Part shown: one piece after another, positions 21,301 to 30,955 of the stretch
Position numbering within the stretch: the stretch's first letter is position 1
Layout: every line of letters starts with the position of its first letter
DNA from: Microgenomates bacterium OLB22
GTDB taxonomy: Bacteria > Patescibacteriota > Microgenomatia > UBA1406 > HO2-37-13b
Reading direction: 5' to 3'
NCBI GenBank assembly: GCA_001567515.1
Contig: LLEV01000005.1
Coordinates: 54,952 to 118,951, forward strand
Length of the DNA: 64,000 nt
The notes under the pieces: generated by a model
The model's input: only the letters and a program-made list of their open reading frames with translations
What the model was told of the DNA's origin: nothing
The model's database searches: none
Translations under genes and position numbers: made by a program

Positions 21301-21785
21301 TTAGGCAGCTAATTTCTTTGTTTTTTTAGACTTAGACTTGCTTTCAGGTTGCTTTCCTTCCTTACCTTTTGTTGGTACTGGGTCATCCCCTTTGGGAGTA
21401 ACTCTTTTCTTGGTTGGGAAAGGTGGCACTTCTTTACCCCAGGTGACAACGACCATATTGGCAGAATCACCCATACGGATAGGAAGTCTCTGAAGAGTGG
21501 TAAATCCTGAAATTTGATCAGAATATGCTTCCGAGACGACTGACGTAAGGTATTGTATCACATCATTATGAGGAATATGACGTAAAAGGACGTTGTGATC
21601 AGCTTGGGTATGTGTTTTTGCCTTACCCACAAGACGATCTATTAAGCTCCTGACATAACGGGATTTGGTCTTTGTGGTGACTAAAACGACCCCTTCGTAT
21701 GAAGTTATAAATCAACTTCTTCATCGTAGCATCTTTAGCATCCTGCCCCTTACGGATAACGACTTTTTTTTATCCCCTTTTTCAT
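21301..21785 (-). CDS. rplQ: 50S ribosomal protein L17, 5' region disrupted
   Basis: C-terminal 2/3 (…RYVRSLIDRLVGKAKT…GFTTLQRLPIRMGDSANMVVVTW) is clear L17. ATG at 21785 overlaps the rpoA stop (ATGA). Reaching the L17 frame needs one extra base in the 8-T run 21764-21771; that frame still carries two in-frame TGA within 12 nt. Confidence 0.75.
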
Positions 21786-22712
21786 GCTTCCTTAAATCCA
21801 ACACCTAACTTGTGTAATTCAGCCTCAATGAGGTCTAGTGATTTACGCCCTACACCCTTCAGATCAACAAGTGTTTCTTTGCCTTGCTCAATAAGATCTC
21901 CTACTGTTTCAATGCCTTCTCGAAGGAGGGCGTTAATTACTCTGGTAGGAAGATCTAGTTCATCAATAATGGTTTCATAGACTTTTTTCGTCTATTTTCA
22001 CACTCCCGGTGATACCACCAGCTGCATCATCCTCTGAAAGGAGAGCACCATTAAACATATGAGAATAGAACTGTGCAAGGATAGCCGCTGACTGTTCCAA
22101 GGCGTCTTTTGGAGATACCGAACCATTAGTCCAGATCTCAAGAATTAATTTATCAAAATTAGAAACACGTCCTACACGAGCTGGTTCAACTCTAAATGTC
22201 ACCTTAGTAACAGGGCTAAAGATAGAATCAACAGCAATCATGCCATGCTCTTTCTTCTCTTTATCTTCTGATGAAGAGAAACCCAACCCTTTTTCGACTA
22301 TGAAGGTCAAATCAAGACTACCCTTAGCATCTGTGATCTCAGCGATATGATGATCTAAATTTACGACCTCAAGACCTGTTGCCTTGATATCTTTACCAGT
22401 CACACTCTTTGCTCCCTTAAGCGAGACTGATACCTCAAGTGGTTCTTTTGAATTGAGGACAAATTGAAGTTCCTTTAGATTCATGATCACCTCTAGCGCA
22501 GTCTCTTTTATTCCTTTCAGAGGACTGAAGACGTGAGGTACCCCGTTCATCTTAACATAGGTCACAGCAGCACCTTCTATAGACGAAAGAAGCACGCGGC
22601 GAAGAGCATTACCGAGACTGTGAGCATATCCATAGGGAAGTGGGCTCAATTCGAAAACACCATAGGTAGATGTATCGGTAACTTGTTTTGTAGTAAAGCT
22701 TGGTTTTAGCAT
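21782..22712 (-). CDS. rpoA: DNA-directed RNA polymerase alpha subunit, frame split between NTD and CTD at a T6 run 21983-21988
   Basis: 245-aa NTD ORF ends IDEKSL*; the next frame encodes the alpha-CTD ETIIDELDLPTRVINALLREGIETVGDLIEQGKETLVDLKGVGRKSLDLIEAEL; one base fewer gives continuous ...KIDEKVYETIIDEL... Confidence 0.9.
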
Positions 22713-22737
22713 AGGGGAAAAAAATTTATAAAATCTC

Positions 22738-23358
22738 TTATCGAGAATAAAATTCTACAACGGGTTGTAAATTGATAGTATCATGGAACTCTTCAAGACT
22801 AGGTTGCCCTTTTATAACACCCTTTGCGTCTTTACGTTCAAGCCATGCAGGTACTGGAGTTTCCTTCTTCTCCAACAGCTCCGCAATATAAGGTATCTTT
22901 GAGGTCTTCTCCCTCTTAAAGGATATCACATCTTTCTGTGAAACTTGAAATGAAGGGATAGTTACCTTCTTTTTGTTTACCTCGATGTGTCCATGCGAGA
23001 CCAGTTGTCGAGCTGCAGCTCTCGTTGGGGCAAATCCTAACTTAAACAGCACATTATCAAGTCTTTGTTCAAGAAAAGTGATAAGTAACTCCGCGGTGTT
23101 TCCTACAGCTCTGTTTGCATGGTCAAAGTAGGTCTTCATCTGCTTCTCTGATATACCATACATTCTTTTAATCTTCTGCTTTTCACGCAGCTGCATTCCA
23201 TAGTCAGAAATCTTGCGCTTATAAGACCTACCATGCTGACCTGGCGGGATATTGAGTTTCTTTAGTAAACTGGCATGTGCCTTTGACCCTACTGTCTTTA
23301 GACTCAAGTCTGTGCCTTCTCGACGCGCTAATCTGTTTTTTGGACCTGTATATCTCAT
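22738..23358 (-). CDS. rpsD: 30S ribosomal protein S4
   Basis: MRYTGPKNRLARREG... full-length 206 aa. Confidence 0.9.
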   Translation of the reverse strand: MRYTGPKNRLARREGTDLSLKTVGSKAHASLLKKLNIPPGQHGRSYKRKISDYGMQLREKQKIKRMYGISEKQMKTYFDHANRAVGNTAELLITFLEQRLDNVLFKLGFAPTRAAARQLVSHGHIEVNKKKVTIPSFQVSQKDVISFKREKTSKIPYIAELLEKKETPVPAWLERKDAKGVIKGQPSLEEFHDTINLQPVVEFYSR

Positions 23359-23373
23359 AGAGTATGTAAAGTT

Positions 23374-23759
23374 TTAACCTCTTTTTGGCTTTGGTGGACG
23401 AACTCCATTATGTGGGATGGGAGTAATATCGATAATCTGATTGATCCCGAGTCCAGAAGCTCTGATTGCACGAAGTGATGCATCTCTCCCGGGGCCGATA
23501 CCTCTCATATAGATGCTGACAGCCGAAAGCGCATGGTCATCCATAGCTTTTTGTAGCGCATTTTGCACCGTTACAGTGGCGGCATAAGGAGTAGATTTTC
23601 GAGTACCTGAAAATCCATTTTGGCCACATGATCCAATCAAAAAGGGTGTGCCCTGTTGATCAGTCAAGGTTACAATTGTGTTGTTAAAGGTCGCATTAAT
23701 GTAAATACGGCCTGTAGTTACTGTCTTTTTCTCCTTTTGTGTCTTTTTTTAATAGCCAT
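23374..23759 (-). CDS. rpsK: 30S ribosomal protein S11, N-terminus out of frame at a T7 run 23744-23750
   Basis: 97-aa ORF lacks the first ~30 residues; from the upstream ATG at 23759, MAIKKKTQKEKKTVTTGRIYINATFNNTIVTLTDQQG is recovered only if the run is 8 nt (one base missing). Confidence 0.85.
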
Positions 23760-23768
23760 AGGATAAAG

Positions 23769-24170
23769 TTACTTTTTTGCTGCTTGCTGAGCTCGTGCCA
23801 GATCTTCTTTCTTAAATGATCCAACAGTCTTCTTCTTTCCTTTTTTGGTACGAGCATTGGACTTGGTACGTTGACCATGAACTGGTAGACCATGTGTATG
23901 ACGACCTCCACGATAACTGCCAATCTCTCGAAGACGTTTGATGTTTTGCCTTATTTCCTCACGCAGATCACCTTCGACCTTGAGTGCCTCGAGCACATCC
24001 TGAAGTTTTCTTAGCACTGTTTCATCTACATCTTTTACCTTGGTATCTAATGAGATTTTCATCTGGTCAAGAGCTACTTTGGCTCGTGCGTTACCCACAC
24101 CATAGATGAGTGTAAGGGCATATGCCATGCGGCTTTCTTCGGGTAGATTGATTCCAAATAGTCTTTTCAT
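23769..24170 (-). CDS. rpsM: 30S ribosomal protein S13
   Basis: MKRLFGINLP...GQRTKSNARTKKG. Confidence 0.9.
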   Translation of the reverse strand: MKRLFGINLPEESRMAYALTLIYGVGNARAKVALDQMKISLDTKVKDVDETVLRKLQDVLEALKVEGDLREEIRQNIKRLREIGSYRGGRHTHGLPVHGQRTKSNARTKKGKKKTVGSFKKEDLARAQQAAKK

Positions 24171-24183
24171 AATGATATGGTGA

Positions 24184-24298
24184 TTATCCTTGTCTTTGTT
24201 TGTGCTTAGGATTTTTACACATCACAAAAATAGCTCCGCGCCTTTTAACAATGATGCACTCAGCACACATTTTTTTTATCCGATGCTCGAACTTTCAT
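24184..24298 (-). CDS. rpmJ: 50S ribosomal protein L36, frameshifted at an 8-T run 24270-24277
   Basis: With a 7-nt run the minus strand encodes [37 protein letters not shown] (zinc-ribbon L36); absent from the ORF track (short and split). Confidence 0.8.
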
Positions 24299-24316
24299 AA
24301 GTTATAACAATATGTT

Positions 24317-24544
24317 TCAAAAACGATAGACAATTCTTCCTCTATTGGGATCATATCGAGTAATCTCAATACTGACTTTATCCCCAGGAAGGATTTTTAT
24401 GTAATTTTTACGCATCTTACCTGACAAGTAGCAGATAATCACCTTACCACTATACTCGGGATCAAGCTGAACGCGAAACAGGGTATTTGGGAGACTCTCC
24501 ATTATTTCCCCTTTTACACGAATCACATCATCCTTCATAAACAA
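24317..24544 (-). CDS. infA: translation initiation factor IF-1
   Basis: S1-like IF-1, 75 aa ([17 protein letters not shown]...[15 protein letters not shown]). Confidence 0.9.
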   Translation of the reverse strand: MFMKDDVIRVKGEIMESLPNTLFRVQLDPEYSGKVIICYLSGKMRKNYIKILPGDKVSIEITRYDPNRGRIVYRF

Positions 24545-24553
24545 TATATTGTA

Positions 24554-25309
24554 TCACAAACGTGTTAAAATAAAAGGCCCTTTCGCAGTAGCAGTTACGG
24601 TATCTTCAAAGCAGGCACTTACACTCCTATCTAATGTACGCAGTGACCAATTATCGTCCTCAAGAACTATCTTATCGGATGATTTGGCATAGATTACTTC
24701 TACAGCCAATGTCATCCCTTCTTCTATAACAGGAGTCTTTTCCCGTGCTCTCGATACATATCCTGGGATACTGGGATCTTCATGGAGCTTTTTCCCTACG
24801 CCATGCCCTGTCAGCTCACGTATTATACAATAACCAGCACTACTTATCGAGTCATAAATAGCTCTAGATATGTCACCAATATGATTGCCAAGCAGCACTT
24901 GTGAGATAGCCTTATCAAGTGTTTCTGACCCTATTTGTAAAAAAGTAGCGTGTTTTGGATCGATTGCATCTCCTACGATAAACGTTCGTGCACAGTCAGT
25001 ATGAAACCCTCTATAATAAGAGCCAATATCAAGCGCCACGATATCCCCATCGTTAATAATCCTATCTGAGGGTGGGGTATGAACTACTTGTTCGTTGATT
25101 GAGATACATATAGCATCATGATAGTGTGGGACCCTATAAAAGCTTGGCGTGCAGCCGTATTTTTTCATGCTGGCTACGACTAGGTCATCTACTTGGCGTG
25201 TCTTCATACCCGGGTGAATCTGGGGGACCACTTCATTGAAAATCGTAGCTAAGAGCATCCCCCCTTCTCTCATTATCTTGAGCTCATTAGCTGTTTTCTT
25301 GTAGATCAT
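24554..25309 (-). CDS. map: methionine aminopeptidase type I
   Basis: 251 aa, pita-bread fold metal ligands (DIGSYYRGFHTD, HGVG, LAVE). Confidence 0.85.
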   Translation of the reverse strand: MIYKKTANELKIMREGGMLLATIFNEVVPQIHPGMKTRQVDDLVVASMKKYGCTPSFYRVPHYHDAICISINEQVVHTPPSDRIINDGDIVALDIGSYYRGFHTDCARTFIVGDAIDPKHATFLQIGSETLDKAISQVLLGNHIGDISRAIYDSISSAGYCIIRELTGHGVGKKLHEDPSIPGYVSRAREKTPVIEEGMTLAVEVIYAKSSDKIVLEDDNWSLRTLDRSVSACFEDTVTATAKGPFILTRL

Positions 25310-25314
25310 AGATA

Positions 25315-25860
25315 CTAGGCAGAAGTCGCCCCCAATGCTTTGAGAATGGAGGCATGAATAGACTCAATCGAAGAAGTGCCATCTATTTGAATAAGTTTGT
25401 TGGCAACTCTGAAGACCTCTATAACAGGAGTAGTGACTTCTTTGAAGAGCTTAATCCTTTCATAGACGGCCGATAAACTTGTGTCATCTCGATCTTCAAC
25501 TCTACCAGCAAGACGCCATAATGCTTCTTTTTCATCTAATTCAATGTGGATAAGGTAGTCCAAACTGTCTAAAAATTCACGTGCCTGTCCTACCGTCCGT
25601 GGAAATCCATCTATAACAAATCCATTAGCGTAGTCTGGACCGGTTAGGTGCTGCTTCACAAACCTGATGGTGAATTCATCTGAAAGCAGTTGGCCAGCAT
25701 CGATTGCCTCTTTAACTTGTTTGGCTTCAGCGGTATCGCCTTCTGCAAAAGTTCTCAGGAGCTGACCTATTGAAAGATGAGGAATGCCCAACACGTTGGA
25801 AAGTAGTTTCGCCTGTGTTGTTTTGCCAGATCCTTGTATACCGAGTAATGACAGCCTCAT
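25315..25860 (-). CDS. adk: adenylate kinase (short form)
   Basis: P-loop LLGIQGSGKTTQAKLL, GFVIDGFPRTVGQA. Confidence 0.85.
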   Translation of the reverse strand: MRLSLLGIQGSGKTTQAKLLSNVLGIPHLSIGQLLRTFAEGDTAEAKQVKEAIDAGQLLSDEFTIRFVKQHLTGPDYANGFVIDGFPRTVGQAREFLDSLDYLIHIELDEKEALWRLAGRVEDRDDTSLSAVYERIKLFKEVTTPVIEVFRVANKLIQIDGTSSIESIHASILKALGATSA

Positions 25861-25864
25861 GTAA

Positions 25865-26044
25865 TTAGTGTAGCTTTTTCATCTCCTTATGGGGAGTATG
25901 TTTTTTACAAACAGAACAATATTTTGTCAGGTCAAGCTTATCAATCGTGTTTATCTTGTTTCTCTCGGTCACGTAGTTCTGCGATTTACATACACTACAT
26001 TGCAAACCAAAGAGTACTCGCGCACCTTTTTTCTTTTTTGCCAT
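25865..26044 (-). CDS. rpmG: 50S ribosomal protein L33 (zinc-ribbon type)
   Basis: Own translation of minus strand: MAKKKKGARVLFGLQCSVCKSQNYVTERNKINTIDKLDLTKYCSVCKKHTPHKEMKKLH, CxxC..CxxC L33 pattern; missed by the ORF track (59 aa). Confidence 0.75.
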   Translation of the reverse strand: MAKKKKGARVLFGLQCSVCKSQNYVTERNKINTIDKLDLTKYCSVCKKHTPHKEMKKLH

Positions 26045-26062
26045 AACTATAACAGTAACTTA

Positions 26063-27349
26063 TTATCTCTGAAGATTATCGTAACTTTTCATTACGAGTT
26101 GTGCTTCTATCAACTTAAATGTTTCCAGGACGACCGAAACTACGATAAGGATACCAGTACCTCCCACAACTATCTGACTTACGCCAGTCATCTTTGATAC
26201 GATAAACGGTAGAATTGCTATTATACCAAGAAATAGCGCTCCTGCACTAGTAATCTTATAGACCATAGTTCGTAGATACTGAACAGTCGAGGTACCTGGT
26301 CGAATCCCAGGGATGAAACCACCTTGCTTTTGTAACTGTTCAGCAATCTTATCTGGGGCAAAGAACAATACAGTGTAAAAGAATGTAAAAGCGATCACTA
26401 AGAAAAAGTACACTATGTTGTAGATATACCCTGTCGAGTTAAATATGTTCATGAGCCCCGAACCTATAGATACAAGTAGACTGTTGGGCGATTGACGCAA
26501 CATGTTTCCGATCATTTGGGGGAAAATTACAAATGAAACGGCAAAGATTATGGGCATGACTCCAGCCTGATTCAACTTAAGTGGCAGATAGTTTGCAGCT
26601 TGCTGGTACATCCTATTACCGCGTATCCTACGTGCATACTGCACAGGAATCCGACGTACGGACTCATTGATAAAGACGACTCCTGCAATAACCGCAACGA
26701 AAAGTAATACTATGAGGGCAGATGTAAAAGTCGACTCACCAGTAGATGTGCTGAAAGATTGTGCAAAAACTACAGGTATTCGAGCCACAATTCCTACAAA
26801 TATGAGCAAAGAAATGCCGTTACCGATACCGAACTCAGATATCAGTTCTCCAAACCACATAGCTATAAATGTTCCTGCCGTGATCGTGCTGACAAATCCG
26901 AGAAACTCAAAGAAGCTCAATTGAGTAAGGATACCCTGATTTTTGAGTAAAAAATACATGGCAACTGACTGAAGGATCGTTATTGGGACCGCTAGCATTC
27001 TCGTATACTGATTTATCTTATACTTGCCGTATTCACCTTCTTTTGAGAGTTCCTCAAAAGAAGGAATAATGATAGTCAATAACTGTGTGATGATAGAGGT
27101 AGTGATATACGGTCCGAGGCCAAGTGCCATGATAGAAAAGTTGACAAGAGTGCCCCCGGAGAAAATGTCGAGCAATGCAAAAAATTGATTTGAGGCAAAA
27201 AGCTCACGCATTCTATCGGTATCGATAACAGAGACAGGGATGAAAGCAAATATCCTGAATATCCCAATTAGCAAGAACGTGATAAGGATCTTTTTACGTA
27301 TTGCTGGATCTCTCCAGGCTAATTGTAGTTTACGTAATACTTCTTTCAT
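26063..27349 (-). CDS. secY: preprotein translocase subunit SecY
   Basis: 428 aa, 10-TM SecY. Confidence 0.9.
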   Translation of the reverse strand: MKEVLRKLQLAWRDPAIRKKILITFLLIGIFRIFAFIPVSVIDTDRMRELFASNQFFALLDIFSGGTLVNFSIMALGLGPYITTSIITQLLTIIIPSFEELSKEGEYGKYKINQYTRMLAVPITILQSVAMYFLLKNQGILTQLSFFEFLGFVSTITAGTFIAMWFGELISEFGIGNGISLLIFVGIVARIPVVFAQSFSTSTGESTFTSALIVLLFVAVIAGVVFINESVRRIPVQYARRIRGNRMYQQAANYLPLKLNQAGVMPIIFAVSFVIFPQMIGNMLRQSPNSLLVSIGSGLMNIFNSTGYIYNIVYFFLVIAFTFFYTVLFFAPDKIAEQLQKQGGFIPGIRPGTSTVQYLRTMVYKITSAGALFLGIIAILPFIVSKMTGVSQIVVGGTGILIVVSVVLETFKLIEAQLVMKSYDNLQR

Positions 27350-27780
27350 GACAGTATGGTTCCACCAGCTTTAGTGATCAGCTCAGCGGCACCTTTTGTC
27401 ACACGAACTTGTATCTTAACCGCATTAGGGACTTCGCCTTGAGCATACAATTTTACTGAGAGACCTTTTCGTGCTGGCAAAAAACCTTTTGCATACAATG
27501 TCCGTACTGATACCTCTTCATCTTTATCAAAAAAACGAAGTACCCGGGTTGGAAGGGCAATAATATCTTGTACAGATTTGTTTTTCGATTTACCTCGTAG
27601 ATAAGGAAATTTCTTTACCAATCTATTTTGCCCCCCCTCAAAATGCGTAGGGATTTTTTCACGAGCTCCTTGATGTCTGCTGGTGCCGTGACCAGACTTA
27701 GATCCTTTACCACTACCGTCACCACGGCCAAGCCTCTTTTTTCTTCTGTCGATGATAGCGGGTAATGTATGTATTTGCAT
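27346..27780 (-). CDS. rplO: 50S ribosomal protein L15
   Basis: Gly/Arg-rich N-terminus GRGDGSGKGSKSGHG...; follows rpsE directly with no rpmD (L30) between. Confidence 0.9.
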   Translation of the reverse strand: MQIHTLPAIIDRRKKRLGRGDGSGKGSKSGHGTSRHQGAREKIPTHFEGGQNRLVKKFPYLRGKSKNKSVQDIIALPTRVLRFFDKDEEVSVRTLYAKGFLPARKGLSVKLYAQGEVPNAVKIQVRVTKGAAELITKAGGTILS

Positions 27781-27804
27781 AGTTCTATAAATTAGACAAT
27801 TTTA

Positions 27805-28270
27805 CTAGCTTCTATTTTTTTCCTTTAACTTCTGTAGTGCCTTTACCACAGCATAGGTGTTTGTTGTCTTATTACGCGTACCTATGATCTTGCCTGAAGC
27901 GTTAGATACTCCAGCCACTGTCAGCACAGATCTCAGAACACTTCCCACTTTCAATCCCGCGCCCTCTGGAGCTGGCTTGAGGATGAGTCGTGCTGATTTG
28001 TATTTTATCTTAATTTCATGTGAAAGTGTGGTCCCGTGACGCTCTATTGTAAATAATTTTTTTACGTGCCTGAGCTATAGATTTTTGTATAGCTTTGGGG
28101 ACTTCTTTTGCTCGTCCAAGTCCAATTCCTAGCTTTCCATTATGATCACCTACAACTACTAGGGCTGTAAAACTGATGGCGCTACCACCGGTAGTCTTTT
28201 TGGAAACTCTTCGGATGAGTAATACTTTCTCATCTAAATCTTTTTTTTCTGCTTCAATAAATTCTGCCAT
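27805..28270 (-). CDS. rpsE: 30S ribosomal protein S5, frameshifted at a T7 run 28057-28063
   Basis: ORF 28016..28354 has only the N-terminal half; with a 6-nt run the frame continues ...ILKPAPEGAGLKVGSVLRSVLTVAGVSNASGKIIGTRNKTTNTYAVVKALQKLK, the canonical S5 C-terminus, ending at TAG 27805-27807. Confidence 0.9.
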
Positions 28271-28274
28271 ATGA

Positions 28275-28625
28275 TTATAAAGAAATCTCAACACTTCTAA
28301 GACCCTCGGCAAGTGCTTTGACCCGACCACTATAACGATAATAACGCCTGTCAAAGACTACTGCTGTTAGGCCCTTTTCCCTAAGCTTTTTGGCAAGCTC
28401 CTGACCTACAGCAAATGCCCGTTCGGTTTTATTTTTTGCGTTCTTTACACTATCGTCATAAGCAGCGGCCAGGGTAATACCTTTTGAGTCATCAATGGCT
28501 TGTGCGCTAATATGTATATGTGATCGATATACAGCTACTCTAGGTCTGGTTGGTGAACCTATGACCTGAGCTCGCACTCTGCTTATGATGCGTTTTCTTC
28601 TTTTATGTAGTGATAGTGTGGACAT
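28275..28625 (-). CDS. rplR: 50S ribosomal protein L18
   Basis: 116 aa, L18 fold. Confidence 0.9.
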   Translation of the reverse strand: MSTLSLHKRRKRIISRVRAQVIGSPTRPRVAVYRSHIHISAQAIDDSKGITLAAAYDDSVKNAKNKTERAFAVGQELAKKLREKGLTAVVFDRRYYRYSGRVKALAEGLRSVEISL

Positions 28626-28642
28626 ATGCTAGTTAGTTAGTG

Positions 28643-29185
28643 TTAACCTGTCTTTGCCTTTTTACCAGGCTTCAACTTGATGTATTCTCCTTCATATCTG
28701 ATCCCCTTACCTTTATATGCATCCGGCTTGCGGATCTTGCGGATCTTGTAGGCAACTTCGCCGACAAGTTGTTTGTCAATACCTGTGACAGTGACAATTC
28801 TATTGTTATCAACGGCATAGGAAACACCGTCTACTTTTGCGAAGACTACTGGGTGCGAGTATCCAACATCAAAAACAAGATCCTGGCCCTGCATACGGGC
28901 TTTATATCCAGTGCCCACAACTTCCAAATTCTTCTTCCAATATTCTTTAACTCCTATTACTGCATTCTGGATGAGTGAACGATAAAGACCATGAAGTGCT
29001 TTGACACCTTTCTCCTCCTTTGAGCGGGCAACTGAAACAATGCCATCAGAAACAGTAACCGAAATATAACGAGGAAGGGTAAAGCTCAAGGTCCCCTGCT
29101 GCCCCACAACAGACACAGTATTATCAACCATATTAACGGATACTCCATCCCCAATCGTTATTTGTTTTTGTCCTATTTTTGACAT
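28643..29185 (-). CDS. rplF: 50S ribosomal protein L6
   Basis: 180 aa; contains an in-frame 9-nt tandem duplication (KIRKIR) at 28731-28748. Confidence 0.9.
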   Translation of the reverse strand: MSKIGQKQITIGDGVSVNMVDNTVSVVGQQGTLSFTLPRYISVTVSDGIVSVARSKEEKGVKALHGLYRSLIQNAVIGVKEYWKKNLEVVGTGYKARMQGQDLVFDVGYSHPVVFAKVDGVSYAVDNNRIVTVTGIDKQLVGEVAYKIRKIRKPDAYKGKGIRYEGEYIKLKPGKKAKTG

Positions 29186-29213
29186 AGTTGTTTTATATAG
29201 TGGGCCAATCTAA

Positions 29214-29594
29214 CTACCATATGGCAAACAGCAACTCGCCTCCGACTTTCTCTTTTCGAGCCTGCTTATCAGTCATGATCCCTCTTGAAGTGGAGATCAA
29301 TGCAATCCCAAGTCCTCCTGTCACTGGGCGAATCTCCTTTACCCCGCGATACACTCGTCTTCCTGGCTTTGAAAATAACTTCACCTCACTAATAGCCGGT
29401 TTATGACCTTTGTAAGAAAGAGTAACGCTGATAGGCTCCATGATATTTTCAGGAACATCAAACTCTTGGATATATCCATGCTTCTTCAAGAGCTCAAGCG
29501 AACGGACAGTTCTGATAGAACGTTTCACATCTACTACCTCTTTACCTGCTAGGTAGCCATTTTTTATTCTGATGATAAAATCTATAAGTGTCAT
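29214..29594 (-). CDS. rpsH: 30S ribosomal protein S8
   Basis: 126 aa S8. Confidence 0.9.
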   Translation of the reverse strand: MTLIDFIIRIKNGYLAGKEVVDVKRSIRTVRSLELLKKHGYIQEFDVPENIMEPISVTLSYKGHKPAISEVKLFSKPGRRVYRGVKEIRPVTGGLGIALISTSRGIMTDKQARKEKVGGELLFAIW

Positions 29595-29608
29595 ATGCCA
29601 AGAAATAA

Positions 29609-29893
29609 TTAGGTCTTATCCATAGTCCTCTTAGTAACCTTACCGTGTCCTCTAAATGTACGAGTCTTTGCAAACTCTCCCACCCTATGTCCGACCATAG
29701 CCTCGCTGATGTATACCTCGACAAATTTATTTCCGGTGTGCACACTCAGGCGCTGACCGACAAAATCTGGAGAGATCTGACTAGCACGAGCCCACGTCTT
29801 GATTGGGGTATTAGATCCGGTTTGTTTTTGTACAAGGACTTTTTTCAAAAGCTTTTCATCTATATAAGGTCCTTTTTTTAGTGAACGTGACAT
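29609..29893 (-). CDS. rpsS: 30S ribosomal protein S19, at a non-canonical position between rpsZ and rpsH
   Basis: [19 protein letters not shown]...[52 protein letters not shown] matches S19 end to end; start taken at the Met aligned with the canonical N-terminus. Confidence 0.85.
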   Translation of the reverse strand: MSRSLKKGPYIDEKLLKKVLVQKQTGSNTPIKTWARASQISPDFVGQRLSVHTGNKFVEVYISEAMVGHRVGEFAKTRTFRGHGKVTKRTMDKT

Positions 29894-29900
29894 ACTTTTT

Positions 29901-30086
29901 TTACCAAGAGATTTTTTTAACACCAGGGATCTCCCCCTTTAATGCTTTTTCTCGAAAACAAATGCGACACAGACCGAATCGTCGCATATATCCACGAGCT
30001 CTACCACATAACGAGCAACGATTTACATCGCGTGTTGTAAACTTTTGTTTTTTCTGGAATTTAACTACATCTGATAATTTAGGCAT
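29901..30086 (-). CDS. rpsZ: 30S ribosomal protein S14 type Z (zinc-binding)
   Basis: 61-aa core [16 protein letters not shown]...[38 protein letters not shown] with CxxC..CxxC. Confidence 0.85.
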   Translation of the reverse strand: MPKLSDVVKFQKKQKFTTRDVNRCSLCGRARGYMRRFGLCRICFREKALKGEIPGVKKISW

Positions 30087-30093
30087 ATTACAG

Positions 30094-30630
30094 TCAGTCA
30101 ATAAATGGCATCTTGAACGCTTCAAGAAGAGCTTTAGCAGCGCTATCGCTTTTTGCAGAAGTCACAATAGTGATCTCCAATCCTCTAACTTTGTCTATTT
30201 TATCATATTCTATCTCAGGAAAGAGGGTCTGATCGCTTAAACCGATATTTAGGTTTCCCATCCCGTCAAAAGCTTTTGAAGAAAGGCCCTTAAAATCTCT
30301 AATACGTGGGAGCACAATCGAGATGAGCTTTTCCAAAAAGTCGTATGCACGTTGTCCTCGAAGCGTCACTTTTACGCCGATAGGTAGTCCTTTTCTAATC
30401 TTAAAAGCGGATACAGATTTACGAGCCTTGCATATGAGTGGCTGTTGGCCTGTGATAATCTTGATATCTTCAACGACTGCTTGGACTGCATTTTTGTTCA
30501 TTGATGCCTCACCTACTCCAACATTTACTACGATCTTTTCGAGCTTTGGAATAAGACTCACATTCGAGAAAGCGAGATCTTTCTGCAATTGTTTACTGAT
30601 TGTGGTTTGATAGTGATTTAAGAGTGACAT
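30094..30630 (-). CDS. rplE: 50S ribosomal protein L5
   Basis: L5 fold; start taken at MSLLNHYQ, which leaves a 5-nt gap to rplX. Confidence 0.9.
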   Translation of the reverse strand: MSLLNHYQTTISKQLQKDLAFSNVSLIPKLEKIVVNVGVGEASMNKNAVQAVVEDIKIITGQQPLICKARKSVSAFKIRKGLPIGVKVTLRGQRAYDFLEKLISIVLPRIRDFKGLSSKAFDGMGNLNIGLSDQTLFPEIEYDKIDKVRGLEITIVTSAKSDSAAKALLEAFKMPFID

Positions 30631-30635
30631 GGTGG

Positions 30636-30953
30636 TTATTTTTTGCGAGCTATAGGTGCTCCACATTTTTTACATACTCTAGACTTGACAGCGCCATCGA
30701 TCTCATATCCTACTCGGGTCGGCTTCTTACATTTGCCGCAGTAGAGTTGGACCTTAGATCCATGCAAAGCTCGCGGGATCTCTACGATACCACCAGTTGG
30801 AAATTGCTCCGACTTAGGAACATGCTTTTTATAGAGGTTAAGACCCGGTATAAGTACCTTGCCACTCAAGGAATACACCTTGGTGATAGCACCTTGCTTT
30901 CCTTTGTCTTTACCTACCATGATCTGCACTAGATCTCCTGTATGAAGTTTCAT
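30636..30953 (-). CDS. rplX: 50S ribosomal protein L24 with C-terminal zinc-ribbon-like CxxC..CxxC
   Basis: KOW motif GKDKGKQG; C-terminus LYCGKCKKPTRVGYEIDGAVKSRVCKKCGAPI replaces the usual L24 tail. Confidence 0.85.
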   Translation of the reverse strand: MKLHTGDLVQIMVGKDKGKQGAITKVYSLSGKVLIPGLNLYKKHVPKSEQFPTGGIVEIPRALHGSKVQLYCGKCKKPTRVGYEIDGAVKSRVCKKCGAPIARKK

Positions 30954-30955
30954 AG

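Noticed and set aside
25889-26197. 102-aa plus-strand ORF in the secY-adk spacer
   Set aside because: Low-complexity translation; the same DNA on the minus strand encodes a well-formed zinc-ribbon L33 and the 3' end of secY.
28731-28748. 9-nt direct tandem repeat CGGATCTTG x2 inside rplF
   Set aside because: In frame (KIRKIR), within a variable basic segment of L6; no sign of a mobile element or slippage-disrupted frame.
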